Shown: one piece after another, positions 31,784-41,900 of the stretch
How positions within the stretch are numbered: the first letter of the stretch is position 1
Layout of the letters: each line of letters starts with the position of its first letter
Source of the DNA: a virus
Direction: 5' to 3' (one strand)
Virus record (IMG/VR): IMGVR_UViG_3300032286_000710
Coordinates: 102,605-166,604 of that record
DNA: 64,000 nucleotides
Program-made: the position numbers and the translations under genes
The notes under the pieces: model-generated
The model's input: the letters and a program-made list of their open reading frames with translations, nothing else
The model's database searches: none
What the model was told of the DNA's origin: nothing

Positions 31784-33772
31784 TTAATACACATCTTTCA
31801 TATTATCAGAGAACCAACTGGGGCCAATATATAGCTTTTCGTCTTCTTTTGCTGGAACATGACCACCAGTAGCAAAACCCCCATAAAACTGATAGGCTTC
31901 TGGGGTTGGAGTCCTGTGTATTATTCTGCCAGCCATATTAGCCATTAATAGTGCAGAATATCTATCTTTTCTCATTTTACTTTTTCGACCAGTGCCAACT
32001 ATGACCTCTGGAGTGTCCCATCTATCTCTACCATTAGATGTTTGGGTCATCTGAATCATAGATAGTTCATCCTTAAGTTCCTCTATATCCATGACGCACT
32101 CTTCTAAAGTGTCAAACATTCTGCTTTTTAAACCATCTTCAGAGTTTGATAATCCAAGTGTTATAGAATCAAAGAAAGGAAATAATAAAACTTTATCTTC
32201 TAGATCTTTTCTCATTCCGTGATTAGCTTCTGCAAGCCAATCATATCTGGCAAATTGGCACATCTCTAATATATGTAATCCTCTTTCTCCATCTGTATCT
32301 TTGGGTTTATCGTCATCAATAGTGGGCCAGATTGGCATTTCGTCATCTTTAAGTTTGTCTTTATCGTGCAAAGACTCCATGACTGCTACACCACCACCTT
32401 GAGCATCCATAGCAATATGAACACATGGAAATAGTCTCATTAAATCTCTAATTTTTCTAGCACAATATGCATAGAAATCTGATTCTTTAGCATACCCCTT
32501 CTTTACTTTCTCTTTATGTTCTTGCCTTGTTGTTGTCCAGCAATGAACTATCTTTCGGCAGTCTCCACCGATCTCTAATACTACAATGCTGAAATTATCT
32601 ACTTCAGATGCGGGGTCAACGCCAAAAACATATCGTTTATTTGTATCACCAATAAGACATGCCTCAAATTTGATAATATCACCCTTAGAGTCCATAACGG
32701 GATTCTCATTACTACCAACAACGCAAGATTCTATTAATGATCTTTTAAAGAAGCCCTGACTATCCCTAGTAAAACAAGCCCCATATTCCATCTGATAAAT
32801 ACCAGCATGTACTGTAGCCTTAGACCTTGCTACTTGATCAGCGTCCATGAAACCCACTGGTAATAGTTCATATGGTATTCTTATTATAGAGTATTGCCGC
32901 CAATCAAATGTGTCTGGGGGTTGTTCTCCACTAAATACTTCCGTTAACTTGGCTCTATTTCCACGACTTTTTATAATAGCTTTCCACTTTTTCCAATATG
33001 TAGCAAAGTGATTAAAGTCATAGTAAGCGGTTCCAGACAGAATAATTTGATTATCTTTTATCTCAGTATTCTCTTCTTCAGTTTCTATCTCTATTCCAAG
33101 CTCTGCCGCTTTTTTCCTTGCGGATATTCTTTTCACATTTTGCACAGGGTCAGCACTAACAGCAGCAAAGCCCGCAACTACATTTTCAAATATATCTCTA
33201 GGAATAGAAGCAAATTCGTCTGCAACAATGTCGTTAGCACGTTGACCTCTAATCTTTTGACCATCACCTAACGGCAAACAGGTTATAACACTCTCATTAA
33301 TTCTCATGGTACATCTGTCAACATCTCTAGTGGGGCCGCTGTTACCATCGCACATATCTCTCAACATTGGGGCATTACGCCAGATAGTTTCCATATATTC
33401 AAATAACACTTTAGACTGTCTAAATGCAGCACCGACAATAACAATCTTTCGTTTGGGCATTAACATGGCTCTTAATATAGAATAAAGAGCTAGCTGGAAC
33501 GACTTACCAAGACCTCGACTACCAATTAACATGGGGAACTTTCTGTTCCACAACTCATGCATAATTAATGACTGAGATGGTAAAAGCTGTATATTAAGTA
33601 CTTGATGACATAAGAATGGTAGATATTCGGGTCTACTCATTAACCAAGACAACTTAAGATGAAAGTCATCATCTGATGGATTAATGATGGACATAGGATT
33701 AAAGATGTCCGTATCTATAACATCTAATCCTAGCCAAGCCTCATCTATAAGTTTGAGATTATTTTTTTTCAT
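31784..33772 (-). CDS. terL: Terminase large subunit
   Basis: Walker A GSRGLGKS, Walker B IVADEF, RGQRAN, nuclease FGVDPA and C-terminal KDRYSAL. Confidence 0.9.
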   Translation of the reverse strand: MKKNNLKLIDEAWLGLDVIDTDIFNPMSIINPSDDDFHLKLSWLMSRPEYLPFLCHQVLNIQLLPSQSLIMHELWNRKFPMLIGSRGLGKSFQLALYSILRAMLMPKRKIVIVGAAFRQSKVLFEYMETIWRNAPMLRDMCDGNSGPTRDVDRCTMRINESVITCLPLGDGQKIRGQRANDIVADEFASIPRDIFENVVAGFAAVSADPVQNVKRISARKKAAELGIEIETEEENTEIKDNQIILSGTAYYDFNHFATYWKKWKAIIKSRGNRAKLTEVFSGEQPPDTFDWRQYSIIRIPYELLPVGFMDADQVARSKATVHAGIYQMEYGACFTRDSQGFFKRSLIESCVVGSNENPVMDSKGDIIKFEACLIGDTNKRYVFGVDPASEVDNFSIVVLEIGGDCRKIVHCWTTTRQEHKEKVKKGYAKESDFYAYCARKIRDLMRLFPCVHIAMDAQGGGVAVMESLHDKDKLKDDEMPIWPTIDDDKPKDTDGERGLHILEMCQFARYDWLAEANHGMRKDLEDKVLLFPFFDSITLGLSNSEDGLKSRMFDTLEECVMDIEELKDELSMIQMTQTSNGRDRWDTPEVIVGTGRKSKMRKDRYSALLMANMAGRIIHRTPTPEAYQFYGGFATGGHVPAKEDEKLYIGPSWFSDNMKDVY

Positions 33773-34413
33773 TCTGTGAAATGCCAGTGGTCTAATACGG
33801 CATCAGCAAACCCATAATATACGGCTTCTTCTGCCGTTAAATACCAATCACCAGACTTAAGTTTTCTAATCAAGTATTGCTTTACTTGTTTTTCGCTAGG
33901 CTTTTTACCAAACTTCTCATAGAAGAACTTACCATCAACGCATCTTGAAGCATATATGTTAAACATAACATCAGCAGTTTTTCTTTCATAATCTGCTTGA
34001 TTCATAGCACTAAGATAATCTGTATTAATATTACTAGAACCATAATGAGATAAAAAATGAGTATTGGGCGTCATGTATCTATAATCTGCGGCTTGCATAA
34101 ATATACTACTCATAGATTCTGCTTGACCATACATAATTATTGTTACATATGATCTACACATTTTTATAGCATCATAGATAGCCATGCCATCAGCCCATTC
34201 GCCACCAATACTGTGGCAGTGAATAGTAATATTTGCATTACTACGTAAATCTAATGCTCTCAAATTCTTCATGAAAGTATTAGACATTCTATATTCTACA
34301 CCTAGATTTTGATTATCTTCGGTGTCATAATAGTTATGTAAGAAAATTTCTCTGGAGGCAATATTTGCTCCATAATCGTGGAAGTCTTTTAGTAGTTCTG
34401 GTTCAGCCATCAC
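33769..34413 (-). CDS. clpP: ClpP-like serine protease
   Basis: HSIGG, GQAESMSS (Ser), LSHY (His) and GDWYLTAEEAVYYGFAD (Asp) match ClpP motifs. Confidence 0.8.
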   Translation of the reverse strand: MMAEPELLKDFHDYGANIASREIFLHNYYDTEDNQNLGVEYRMSNTFMKNLRALDLRSNANITIHCHSIGGEWADGMAIYDAIKMCRSYVTIIMYGQAESMSSIFMQAADYRYMTPNTHFLSHYGSSNINTDYLSAMNQADYERKTADVMFNIYASRCVDGKFFYEKFGKKPSEKQVKQYLIRKLKSGDWYLTAEEAVYYGFADAVLDHWHFTE

Positions 34414-34910
34414 TTTTTTCTCCCTATGGTGTACATTTCATTGACTCTTTTTAAGATACTGCTAACTGCAAGAAAAGCATTATATTTATTACCACAAAAC
34501 AATATTTGTACATTGTTATATAGCTGAAATTCAAATAAACATTTTAACATATACTTACCAGTAATCTTCAAAGAAGCCTTGTTTTTAACTGGTATTCTTG
34601 TTTCGTCTGGGAACTTTATTAAGTCCTCAAGAGAAAATTCTAAGACAATAAATTTATGAGGAAATGGTGTCATTCGCTCTACTTCCGCCAAGAATGCGTG
34701 TTTCTTTTGCCCTAGATTAACTGCTAGTTCCTCAACGCAACCCTTTCTTTCTATACATATTTTATCTTCCATTCCAAGTATAGAATAATCGCCAGTATCA
34801 AGTTTTTGATCTATCATTCCAGCGCAAGTATTGAACTCGCTAAAGAAATAGCCGTCCTGCTCTCTGGTGTCTTTTATAACAGTGAATGGTGGAGCAACTT
34901 TATAGGTCAT
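34410..34910 (-). CDS. ERCC4-domain nuclease
   Basis: DTREQ, LDTGDYS and IERK motifs. Confidence 0.85.
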   Translation of the reverse strand: MTYKVAPPFTVIKDTREQDGYFFSEFNTCAGMIDQKLDTGDYSILGMEDKICIERKGCVEELAVNLGQKKHAFLAEVERMTPFPHKFIVLEFSLEDLIKFPDETRIPVKNKASLKITGKYMLKCLFEFQLYNNVQILFCGNKYNAFLAVSSILKRVNEMYTIGRKK

Positions 34911-35160
34911 CGACTATGATCCTAAATAATGATTCGTATTGGTGTTCATAACCCTTTATTGAGTCATGGCACTTTCTACATAATGTTATACCATTTGAAA
35001 CGTCATATCTTAATGCACTAGCTCTAGACCACTTTTTAATATGGTGTACTTGTAAGGATAGCTTTTTACCGCATCCCGGCATCATACACTTTCTTTTGTC
35101 CCGATTTAATACGGCTTTCCTAAAGTTCTCGTATGCGGGGTCATCGTAATTTCTTTTCAT
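34900..35160 (-). CDS. HNH endonuclease (packaging-associated type)
   Basis: RD..C..C...VHHI...NGITLCRKCH. Confidence 0.85.
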   Translation of the reverse strand: MKRNYDDPAYENFRKAVLNRDKRKCMMPGCGKKLSLQVHHIKKWSRASALRYDVSNGITLCRKCHDSIKGYEHQYESLFRIIVDDL

Positions 35161-35405
35161 AATTCGTATATTTTATCTATTCTAGATTTTCTTCTAATTT
35201 CTATACAGGCTATTCTCATCTCTATTGAAGGATTTTGTTTCATAATAATTTTTACGAGATCGTTTAAGACTACAAAACAGGCATCGTCTGGATCATCTGC
35301 GTTTACAAATATAGTAGGAAATGGGCTATTATATGATTTAAGAAATAGATGTTTTATCCTGCTAAACACATTTGATATGTCGAGCATTATTCTGTAAGTT
35401 TTCAT
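35157..35405 (-). CDS. Hypothetical protein
   Basis: 82 aa ORF with ATGA coupling to the HNH gene. Confidence 0.55.
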   Translation of the reverse strand: MKTYRIMLDISNVFSRIKHLFLKSYNSPFPTIFVNADDPDDACFVVLNDLVKIIMKQNPSIEMRIACIEIRRKSRIDKIYEL

Positions 35406-36450
35406 TAATTTTCTCTTCTAGCATGAGCTTAATAAGACTGTTCAAGTCATATTTTGGTGTCCATCCCAGTTTAGCTCTGGCCTTAGTTGATCTGCCTCTT
35501 AAGTAATCTACTTCTGCCGGTCTATAGAACTTAGGGTCTATTCCAACATAATTACTCCAATCATAAATACCAAAATAGCCAAAAGCAGCATCTAGTAAAT
35601 CACGAATAGAATAACTATTTTCTGTACATATAACATAGTCATCTGGTTCATCTTGCTGTACCATTAACCACATTGCCTCTACATAATCTCCAGCATATCC
35701 CCAATCTCTGTAGGCGTCTAAATTGCCCAACATTAACTTAGGGAAGGTCACATCGTTATATACAATATTATTGTCTAAAGATTGAATATATTCAGTATTA
35801 GTAATATTAGTGTCATGTATCCAATCTACGAAAGAGACTACCCAATTTACTACTTTTTTAGTAACAAAGTTATCTCCACGCCTTGGACCTTCGTGGTTAA
35901 ATAGTATGCCACAACTACCGTGTATTCCGTAAGCCTGACGATATAAACCAACGGCGTAATGGGAGGCACATTTTGCTACAGCGTATGGGGACTGAGGCAA
36001 AAACCTAGTATTTTCATCTTGGTATTTCGTACCATCCCTGTCGATATCATAAGCTTTACCAAACATCTCGCTGGAGGAGGCTTGATAAAACCTACTACCC
36101 AACATCTCTAAATCTACCATAGTCTGTAAGATATTTAAGCACCCTTTACCAGTTATATCCCAAGTCAGGGAAGGCTGAGTGAATGAGGTTCCCACATGAG
36201 ACTGAGCGGCTAGGTTGTAGACTTCATCTACGTGTTCGTTATTACGAAGAATATTCAAAACACTACTAGAATCGGTTATGTCCCCCTCGACTAGACTGAA
36301 CCTAGAATGATTCAATATATGCTTTATTCTTTGGGTATTATCTACACTAGAGCGTCGAGTCACCCCCAATACATCGTACCCCTTATCTAGAAGTAAATCT
36401 GCTAGGTGGCTACCATCTTGTCCTGTTATTCCAAAAATGATTGATTTCAT
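35362..36450 (-). CDS. gmd: GDP-mannose 4,6-dehydratase
   Basis: GITGQDGS, YNLAAQSHV, FYQASSSEMFG, SPYAVAK, LFNHEGPRRG, RDWGYAGDYV and RPAEVD. Confidence 0.95.
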   Translation of the reverse strand: MKSIIFGITGQDGSHLADLLLDKGYDVLGVTRRSSVDNTQRIKHILNHSRFSLVEGDITDSSSVLNILRNNEHVDEVYNLAAQSHVGTSFTQPSLTWDITGKGCLNILQTMVDLEMLGSRFYQASSSEMFGKAYDIDRDGTKYQDENTRFLPQSPYAVAKCASHYAVGLYRQAYGIHGSCGILFNHEGPRRGDNFVTKKVVNWVVSFVDWIHDTNITNTEYIQSLDNNIVYNDVTFPKLMLGNLDAYRDWGYAGDYVEAMWLMVQQDEPDDYVICTENSYSIRDLLDAAFGYFGIYDWSNYVGIDPKFYRPAEVDYLRGRSTKARAKLGWTPKYDLNSLIKLMLEEKINENLQNNARHIKCV

Positions 36451-37097
36451 TTGTTATCCTTAGTGTTATTTTTTAAACCTGTATGTGGACAAAGTTTGTC
36501 TGGATACCAAGTGCTGTATGATTGACTGTTGCTAGTATATATATCTGTTAATCCACATGTATCTATATTAAGACCGTGCCATTCTGGGAAAAATTTGTGA
36601 GCTTTACGCTCTGTATATACATTCTCATTAGATTCATTAATAGTTTTATCAAATAAGTATGGTCCGCACGTTTCTCCAGACAGTAATAATTCTTTTGTAC
36701 ATAACTCAAACATAATTTTATTTATAGAACTATTTACTTTTGATGCCATTAATCCATTTTGTATAGTTCCTCCGTAGTCAACACAGAAAAAATCCATACT
36801 TGTAAAATCATATTCCCAATTTTTTATAGAGGTGATACATTTAAAATCTACATCAAAATAAAAGCCGCCATATTGATATAATATTTTGTATCTAAAATAG
36901 TCACTTATAAATACGGTTGATACACTATCTATATTAAGATAATTATTATTATCTATTTCATTTTTTATTTTGTTTTCATCCCAAAATATGTATTCATACT
37001 CTGGATTATTTGTAACCCAAGTCTTAGTAAAAGGCTCCCAAAGATCTGGCAATTTGTTTTTACCAATCCATATTTGATATATTATTTTAGGAATCAA
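36447..37097 (-). CDS. Glycosyltransferase, GT32/OCH1-like
   Basis: MIPKIIYQIW, SDYFRYKILYQYGGFYFDVD (DxD) and GPYLF. Confidence 0.85.
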   Translation of the reverse strand: MIPKIIYQIWIGKNKLPDLWEPFTKTWVTNNPEYEYIFWDENKIKNEIDNNNYLNIDSVSTVFISDYFRYKILYQYGGFYFDVDFKCITSIKNWEYDFTSMDFFCVDYGGTIQNGLMASKVNSSINKIMFELCTKELLLSGETCGPYLFDKTINESNENVYTERKAHKFFPEWHGLNIDTCGLTDIYTSNSQSYSTWYPDKLCPHTGLKNNTKDNK

Positions 37098-37882
37098 TCT
37101 ATCACCGTATCTGGCGTTAAGAATGGCTGATCAATCTGTCCGTCTTCGTATTGATGGAACTGACTCAAACGTTCCTTTTCTTTAAGCATAGCTAGTCTCA
37201 TCTTCTCCATTTCAATCCCATATCTCTTTAGCGTTTCGGGGTCTTGCATAAGGTGAGCAACCCAAGATGTAAAGCTTTGTTTACTATCTTCAAGTCGCTT
37301 GATTCTCTGCTCTCTAGTTCCCTTCATCTCACGCAACATGCTAGCCTTTTTGCTTTGGAGTTCACGATAGTCCCTATTGAGGGCTTCTTGCGAAGCCCGT
37401 AAGGAAGCTAGTTGACGCTCTAGATTTAAAACGTAGTCATGGTCACGCTGATCCTTATCAACGGCCCGCTCATCTGCTAACATTTTTTCTAAAGTGGTCA
37501 TCTCATTAAGGTTATCCTTATTACTCTTTAAGCAGCGGTTCATAAGTATTTCTAGTTTAATAACGTCTACTACCTGTAGCTCTTCTGTTGGAAATACATC
37601 GTCCTTGAACTGTGAAATTATGCGCGACCAGTGGTACTTAAAAAGCTCTAATTCTGAAGGAGTAAACTGATTCTCTAATTCAATCCAATAGGGGCGGTCT
37701 TCTAATGAATATGCGGCGGCTTCTTCGTTTGACAATCCAACCTTGAATTTGCGTTTAACGAAGTTGTCAACGGACTCAACATCACGGTCGAGTTGTTTAG
37801 CGATATCTTCTACGGTCAAGCTATTAATTAGCCTGCCGATTATACGTTCTTCTTCTTTGGATATCCTACCCTTCTTCATCAA
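37094..37882 (-). CDS. HTH plus coiled-coil protein, candidate terminase small subunit
   Basis: N-terminal HTH (VEDIAKQLDRDVESV) followed by a coiled coil; upstream of TerL. Confidence 0.4.
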   Translation of the reverse strand: MMKKGRISKEEERIIGRLINSLTVEDIAKQLDRDVESVDNFVKRKFKVGLSNEEAAAYSLEDRPYWIELENQFTPSELELFKYHWSRIISQFKDDVFPTEELQVVDVIKLEILMNRCLKSNKDNLNEMTTLEKMLADERAVDKDQRDHDYVLNLERQLASLRASQEALNRDYRELQSKKASMLREMKGTREQRIKRLEDSKQSFTSWVAHLMQDPETLKRYGIEMEKMRLAMLKEKERLSQFHQYEDGQIDQPFLTPDTVID

Positions 37883-38354
37883 TCAACTCCTTGATTATAG
37901 ATATGATTTCTTCTCTTCTTTTCTTGGGAACGTAAACGTCATTAATTATTTTTAGGTAATCAGATCGGTATTCTGCTGGTAATTTCATATCAATAGTCTT
38001 TTGTAATGATTGGGCGTCTATTTTGTCATCCTCAACCAATTCTTCATGAGGAACATAATCTTCATAAGATAAACTACTGGGTTTTAGGATCTTCTTCTTT
38101 TCTTCTTCATCTTTAGTATAGAAATTGTCACGAACGAAGTTTTTAAGTCTATTAGATAAGTGGACTGATAAGAAATTCTCCAAGGGGCGACTTGGATCAT
38201 AACGATTTAGCGCATCCATACAAATAATAAAAGCTTCTTGTTTTATATCCTCAACTTCATAACCGTGGAATGTATAACGGGCCGATATCCTATTAACGAC
38301 AATGTTAATTTGATCTACCACTTGTTGTTCTGTCATGTGTTTGGGTATTTTCAT
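37866..38354 (-). CDS. Phage sigma factor (sigma70 region 2-like)
   Basis: EDIKQEAFIICMDALNRYDPSRPLENFLSVHLSNRLKNFVRD. Start taken at MKIPK, which overlaps the upstream stop. Confidence 0.75.
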   Translation of the reverse strand: MKIPKHMTEQQVVDQINIVVNRISARYTFHGYEVEDIKQEAFIICMDALNRYDPSRPLENFLSVHLSNRLKNFVRDNFYTKDEEEKKKILKPSSLSYEDYVPHEELVEDDKIDAQSLQKTIDMKLPAEYRSDYLKIINDVYVPKKRREEIISIIKELIDEEG

Positions 38355-39130
38355 TCCTGCTCTTCGTCTACCCATTGTAATGTTCTCCATTTCGAACCGT
38401 TATAGAACTTAACGGTGTCCGTTGTTTCATCGTATATGAAAGTACCCTTCTTAACGTTAAGATCGATGGAAGACTCTAATTGTAAATGTTTTACTGATAG
38501 TTTGTTAGCACTAAGTTTTGAGGCTTTAAGCGATAGCTGTTTGGTATACTTCGTTAAAGCTTCAGCTATGATATCACTAAAAACCTTACTGTCGAAAGAC
38601 ACGCTAGAAATATCGTTAACGTCTATGCGAGCTAAGAAAGAATTTTCTTTAATCTTGACTGAGCTAGCAACAAACGGGCCGGTAGAAGATAAGACACAAT
38701 TATCTTCATATAAGCACATGAAATAATGTTCGGGCAGAGTAGATCGTAATACTGTTACTAGATCTTTATCACAGGGGAAATAGTCGGTCTGTTTAAAACA
38801 AAATAACTTATCCTCTATGGACTTACCACTATATATCTGAAGAAATCTTTTAAAATAAGCTTTATCGTCTTGCTGGTAAGCATAGCCAAGACCATGCTCG
38901 TATCTAACAACTTTATTATTGGGGCCGTATGTTTCTAGAATGTAGAAGAATTTATTATCTTCGCCATATCCAATAACATTAGATATAGAGTTATCTTCAG
39001 TAATAAGCTTGTTATAAACGGCAGCTGAATAGTCGTAAGAAGCTTTAAATAGATTAGTAATTCCGCAAACTAAGAGATCGTTAGATCCATCTTGATTTAC
39101 TACAGTCTCAATCGCTTGACTTGGTTTCAT
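38351..39130 (-). CDS. Hypothetical protein
   Basis: 259 aa with a C-terminal GTFIYDETTDTVKFYNGSKW motif. Confidence 0.6.
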   Translation of the reverse strand: MKPSQAIETVVNQDGSNDLLVCGITNLFKASYDYSAAVYNKLITEDNSISNVIGYGEDNKFFYILETYGPNNKVVRYEHGLGYAYQQDDKAYFKRFLQIYSGKSIEDKLFCFKQTDYFPCDKDLVTVLRSTLPEHYFMCLYEDNCVLSSTGPFVASSVKIKENSFLARIDVNDISSVSFDSKVFSDIIAEALTKYTKQLSLKASKLSANKLSVKHLQLESSIDLNVKKGTFIYDETTDTVKFYNGSKWRTLQWVDEEQE

Positions 39131-39278
39131 CGTTTTCCTCTTCAGTATCCTTATCCTTAGTGGAGAGTAACGATGCTAGTGATTTATCCGTCTGATTTAA
39201 GTCAGATTCTATTTGTTGCTGTAAAGAAGCGGTAGCGCGACAATCCAATTGCGTTTCAATTGTTTGTTTCTTTTTCAT
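39108..39278 (-). CDS. Small hypothetical protein (56 aa), first gene of the late arm
   Basis: MKKKQTIETQLDCRATASLQQQ...; AGGAG RBS; GTGTATA at 39300-39306. Confidence 0.55.
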   Translation of the reverse strand: MKKKQTIETQLDCRATASLQQQIESDLNQTDKSLASLLSTKDKDTEEENDETKSSD

Positions 39279-39492
39279 AAAAAGTCTCCTATACGGTATT
39301 ATACACCTTATAGATATAATTTGACAGATTCACTGATCCAAACAGGGGCGATGGGGGAGGATTGGGTAGTACATTAGTTTATATGTTGGTAATTGTGAAT
39401 GGACCACCCCCGGTTTTTTCGACGTATCTTGCCTAGACTACTTATAAGATAAAACCCCCCCATATCCCCCATCTTAACATTATAGTGTGTGT

Positions 39493-39536
39493 GGTGGGCC
39501 GCGTTCGCCGTAAACCCTTATGGGGTATGGACTTAC
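39493..39536. repeat. Paired-palindrome element E1 (half copy)
   Basis: GC core followed by TAAACCCTT-N7-ATGGACTTA. Confidence 0.7.
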
Positions 39537-39585
39537 GACTAATCATATGAATGATACGATCAGCTCATTAAGGGAATAATATATT

Positions 39586-39601
39586 TGGCACAGCATTTGC
39601 T
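39586..39601 (+). promoter_or_regulatory. Sigma54-type -24/-12 site
   Basis: TGGCAC-AGCAT-TTGCT. Confidence 0.6.
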
Positions 39602-39660
39602 CTAGAGAATATTTATTGCTTTGGCACAAGATTATATTCAAAAATATTTTAGATTGCCAC

Positions 39661-39688
39661 TTGACATGGCCGATAAGTATGGTATAAT
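39661..39688 (+). promoter_or_regulatory. Early sigma70-type promoter
   Basis: TTGACA-16 bp-TATAAT with CGATA in the spacer. Confidence 0.8.
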
Positions 39689-39719
39689 AAGAGCATAAGA
39701 AAGAAAGAGAGAAAGAAAA

Positions 39720-39914
39720 ATGACAATCAACACTGAAATCAAGACAACCTACAATGGCAAGACTTATACGGGCTTCGTTGTAGAAAGCAAACTGGTCAAG
39801 GGTCGTGAGATGATCACGATCATGATTGAAGATAGTTCGCGGAATGAAGGTATTGGATACCGTAGCATGTATGTCGATATGATGTCTCAAACGTCAGAAA
39901 ATCTTTTTGCTTGA
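39720..39914 (+). CDS. Early hypothetical protein
   Basis: 64 aa after a promoter and a purine-only leader. Confidence 0.65.
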   Translation: MTINTEIKTTYNGKTYTGFVVESKLVKGREMITIMIEDSSRNEGIGYRSMYVDMMSQTSENLFA

Positions 39915-39917
39915 GGC

Positions 39918-39946
39918 TTGACACGGGAAAAGACGATAGATATAAT
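39918..39946 (+). promoter_or_regulatory. Early sigma70-type promoter
   Basis: TTGACA-17 bp-TATAAT. Confidence 0.8.
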
Positions 39947-39974
39947 AGAGAGAAAGAAAGAGAGAGAAAAGAAA

Positions 39975-40142
39975 ATGACATACTTCATTCAAATCTTAGA
40001 CGCTTGGGATTGTGAGATAGACTTTATCGGCCCCTTCAATACTGAAAACGAAGCCTATGAGGCTGGTTGGAGTAAGTGGGAAGGCGATGAAAATGCCTAT
40101 AGCAGTCATATCGTCAAGAGGCTCCCCGCTTCTACTCACTGA
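39975..40142 (+). CDS. Early small acidic protein
   Basis: MTYFIQILDAW...; start placed after the purine leader. Confidence 0.6.
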   Translation: MTYFIQILDAWDCEIDFIGPFNTENEAYEAGWSKWEGDENAYSSHIVKRLPASTH

Positions 40143-40218
40143 AAAAATATTTCCTAGGGGCTTGACACGGCGAAAGCCGATGTATATAATAGAGCGAAAG
40201 AAAGAAAAGGGAAAGAAA

Positions 40219-40347
40219 ATGACAACGCTGATTCTAATCGTGGTAGGAAAGAAGTATAAGGTATACAAGGATATGGGCAATGGTAAGCGTAGGCTTCTCG
40301 GCTCTTTCAATAGTTCGACTGAGGCCGAACGATTCATGAACGCTTGA
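40219..40347 (+). CDS. Early small basic protein (paralog of 42737..42886)
   Basis: GKKYKVYK...RRLL..F....EAERFMN; has its own promoter at 40162. Confidence 0.65.
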   Translation: MTTLILIVVGKKYKVYKDMGNGKRRLLGSFNSSTEAERFMNA

Positions 40348-40408
40348 CAAATAGATAGACGATAGATATAATATCCACAGTTATCTAACCCTAAGAAAGA
40401 AAAAGAAA

Positions 40409-40624
40409 ATGTTTGGCACTGCATACGCTGTCCGTAAGAATAACCTCAACACTATCTTCGCATCTATGATCGCTGGTAAGTATACCAGTGTGATCGACCC
40501 GAAGGGTAGGGTATATGCTGGCCTTATCAATGCTATCATGCGTGAGGATGGTAGTGGTCGCAACTGGATCGTAACCATCACGAATCAGACCAAGAGTGAA
40601 CAAGTGTTCATTCATGCAGTCTAG
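40409..40624 (+). CDS. Early hypothetical protein
   Basis: 71 aa behind a TTGACA/TATAAT promoter at 40344. Confidence 0.65.
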   Translation: MFGTAYAVRKNNLNTIFASMIAGKYTSVIDPKGRVYAGLINAIMREDGSGRNWIVTITNQTKSEQVFIHAV

Positions 40625-40678
40625 AGCGTACTATCTAATCCGCAGGGGTAAGCAGCACCCCCAACAGGGGGGAGCAAC

Positions 40679-40718
40679 AGCAAATCCTGTGCCAAAAAAT
40701 CTTGGCATACCATTTGCG
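40679..40718. promoter_or_regulatory. Back-to-back pair of sigma54-type sites
   Basis: Minus TGGCACAGGATTTGCT (40679-40694) and plus TGGCATACCATTTGCG (40703-40718), 8 bp apart. Confidence 0.6.
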
Positions 40719-40731
40719 TATAGATTTGTTC

Positions 40732-40809
40732 TAAACCCTTACCCTATAAGGACTTAGGGCGAGGGCGGCGGGCCGGATTTGACGTAAACCCTTACTGTAT
40801 ATAGACTTA
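40732..40809. repeat. Paired-palindrome element E2
   Basis: 25-bp palindrome, 28-bp GC core, 25-bp palindrome. Confidence 0.85.
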
Positions 40810-40896
40810 CGACTAGTAAGGACATCGCATCGAAGAGGTGTTTAAGGGAATAAAATATGCCATGCTCAAAAAATGGGCGTGGTAAGATAGGGGGAC

Positions 40897-41064
40897 TGTT
40901 GCAAAATCATACAGTGATGCAGTTTCTCGGCCAAAAGTGCTATAGCAAAATGCAACACACTGTAGCAAAATGCTACGCTTAATCTCTAGGCACAGAAAAT
41001 AGCATAGCGTTTTTCCCGCGAAATACGCACAAAAAAATAATCTATGATTGGCACGGGGTTTGCT
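40897..41064 (+). promoter_or_regulatory. Putative enhancer-dependent sigma54 promoter, copy 1
   Basis: Three TGTWGCAAAATGCWACA-like boxes (40897, 40941, 40961) and TGGCACGGGGTTTGCT at 41049-41064. Confidence 0.6.
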
Positions 41065-41100
41065 CTATATATAGATAGAGAAAGAAAGAGAGAGTTTAAG

Positions 41101-41532
41101 ATGATCGGTTTTTTTGATTTTGACATGACTACAGCGATTACAAAAGGTAAGGAAACTCCAAGTTTTAGCCAGTTTAAGAATCCTGAGTTTGCTGTAGAAG
41201 ATATTCTGAATGCAAAGCCTACAAAGATTACGAAAAACGTAATGAATAGGTATAAGAAAGTTTTTATTCTAACCGCTAGAAATGATGGAAAGAATAATGA
41301 AATGAGTAATGCAATGCAAAAGTATTTTATGCAAAATGGGATATATATTCCGAATAATCAGATTTTGATGCTTGGGGATTATATGAAAGATAGAAAGACT
41401 GCTGAAAAGAAATCAGTTGTGCTAAATAGGTTAAGTAAGCATTTTAAGCAAACTATTCATTTTTGGGATGATGATAACGATAACGTAAGATACGCAAGAT
41501 GCTTAGATAGGGTAAAGACATTCCAAGTCTGA
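41101..41532 (+). CDS. HAD-superfamily phosphatase-like protein
   Basis: FFDFDMT (motif I), ILTAR (II), K (III) and FWDD (IV). Confidence 0.7.
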   Translation: MIGFFDFDMTTAITKGKETPSFSQFKNPEFAVEDILNAKPTKITKNVMNRYKKVFILTARNDGKNNEMSNAMQKYFMQNGIYIPNNQILMLGDYMKDRKTAEKKSVVLNRLSKHFKQTIHFWDDDNDNVRYARCLDRVKTFQV

Positions 41533-41613
41533 AAAATATTTTCTGGGGCTTGACAAGCAAAAAGCCGATATATATAATAGGGAAAGAAGAAAGAAAGAGA
41601 AAAGGAAAAGAAA

Positions 41614-41826
41614 ATGAAGAATCTTAAGGTTTTCAATACGCTGAACGAGTTGATCGACTATCTTGACGAAAACGAAGTTGATACGCTTGTGGGTTATGCT
41701 GCTTTCGGGCTTGATCTTCTGGATCATGCTAGAAACAATGACAACGAAATCGAAATCGGTTGGGATGGTGGATTCATCCAGATTGACGATATGGGATACG
41801 TTGTTGCAGACTTTGCAATCTGCTAA
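41614..41826 (+). CDS. Early acidic hypothetical protein
   Basis: 70 aa; promoter at 41549. Confidence 0.65.
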   Translation: MKNLKVFNTLNELIDYLDENEVDTLVGYAAFGLDLLDHARNNDNEIEIGWDGGFIQIDDMGYVVADFAIC

Positions 41827-41900
41827 TCCCCCATAGGTGGGGTTGACACGTTAGAAAATCTTTATAGAATATATTTCATCACTTCAAAAGGAAAAAGAAA

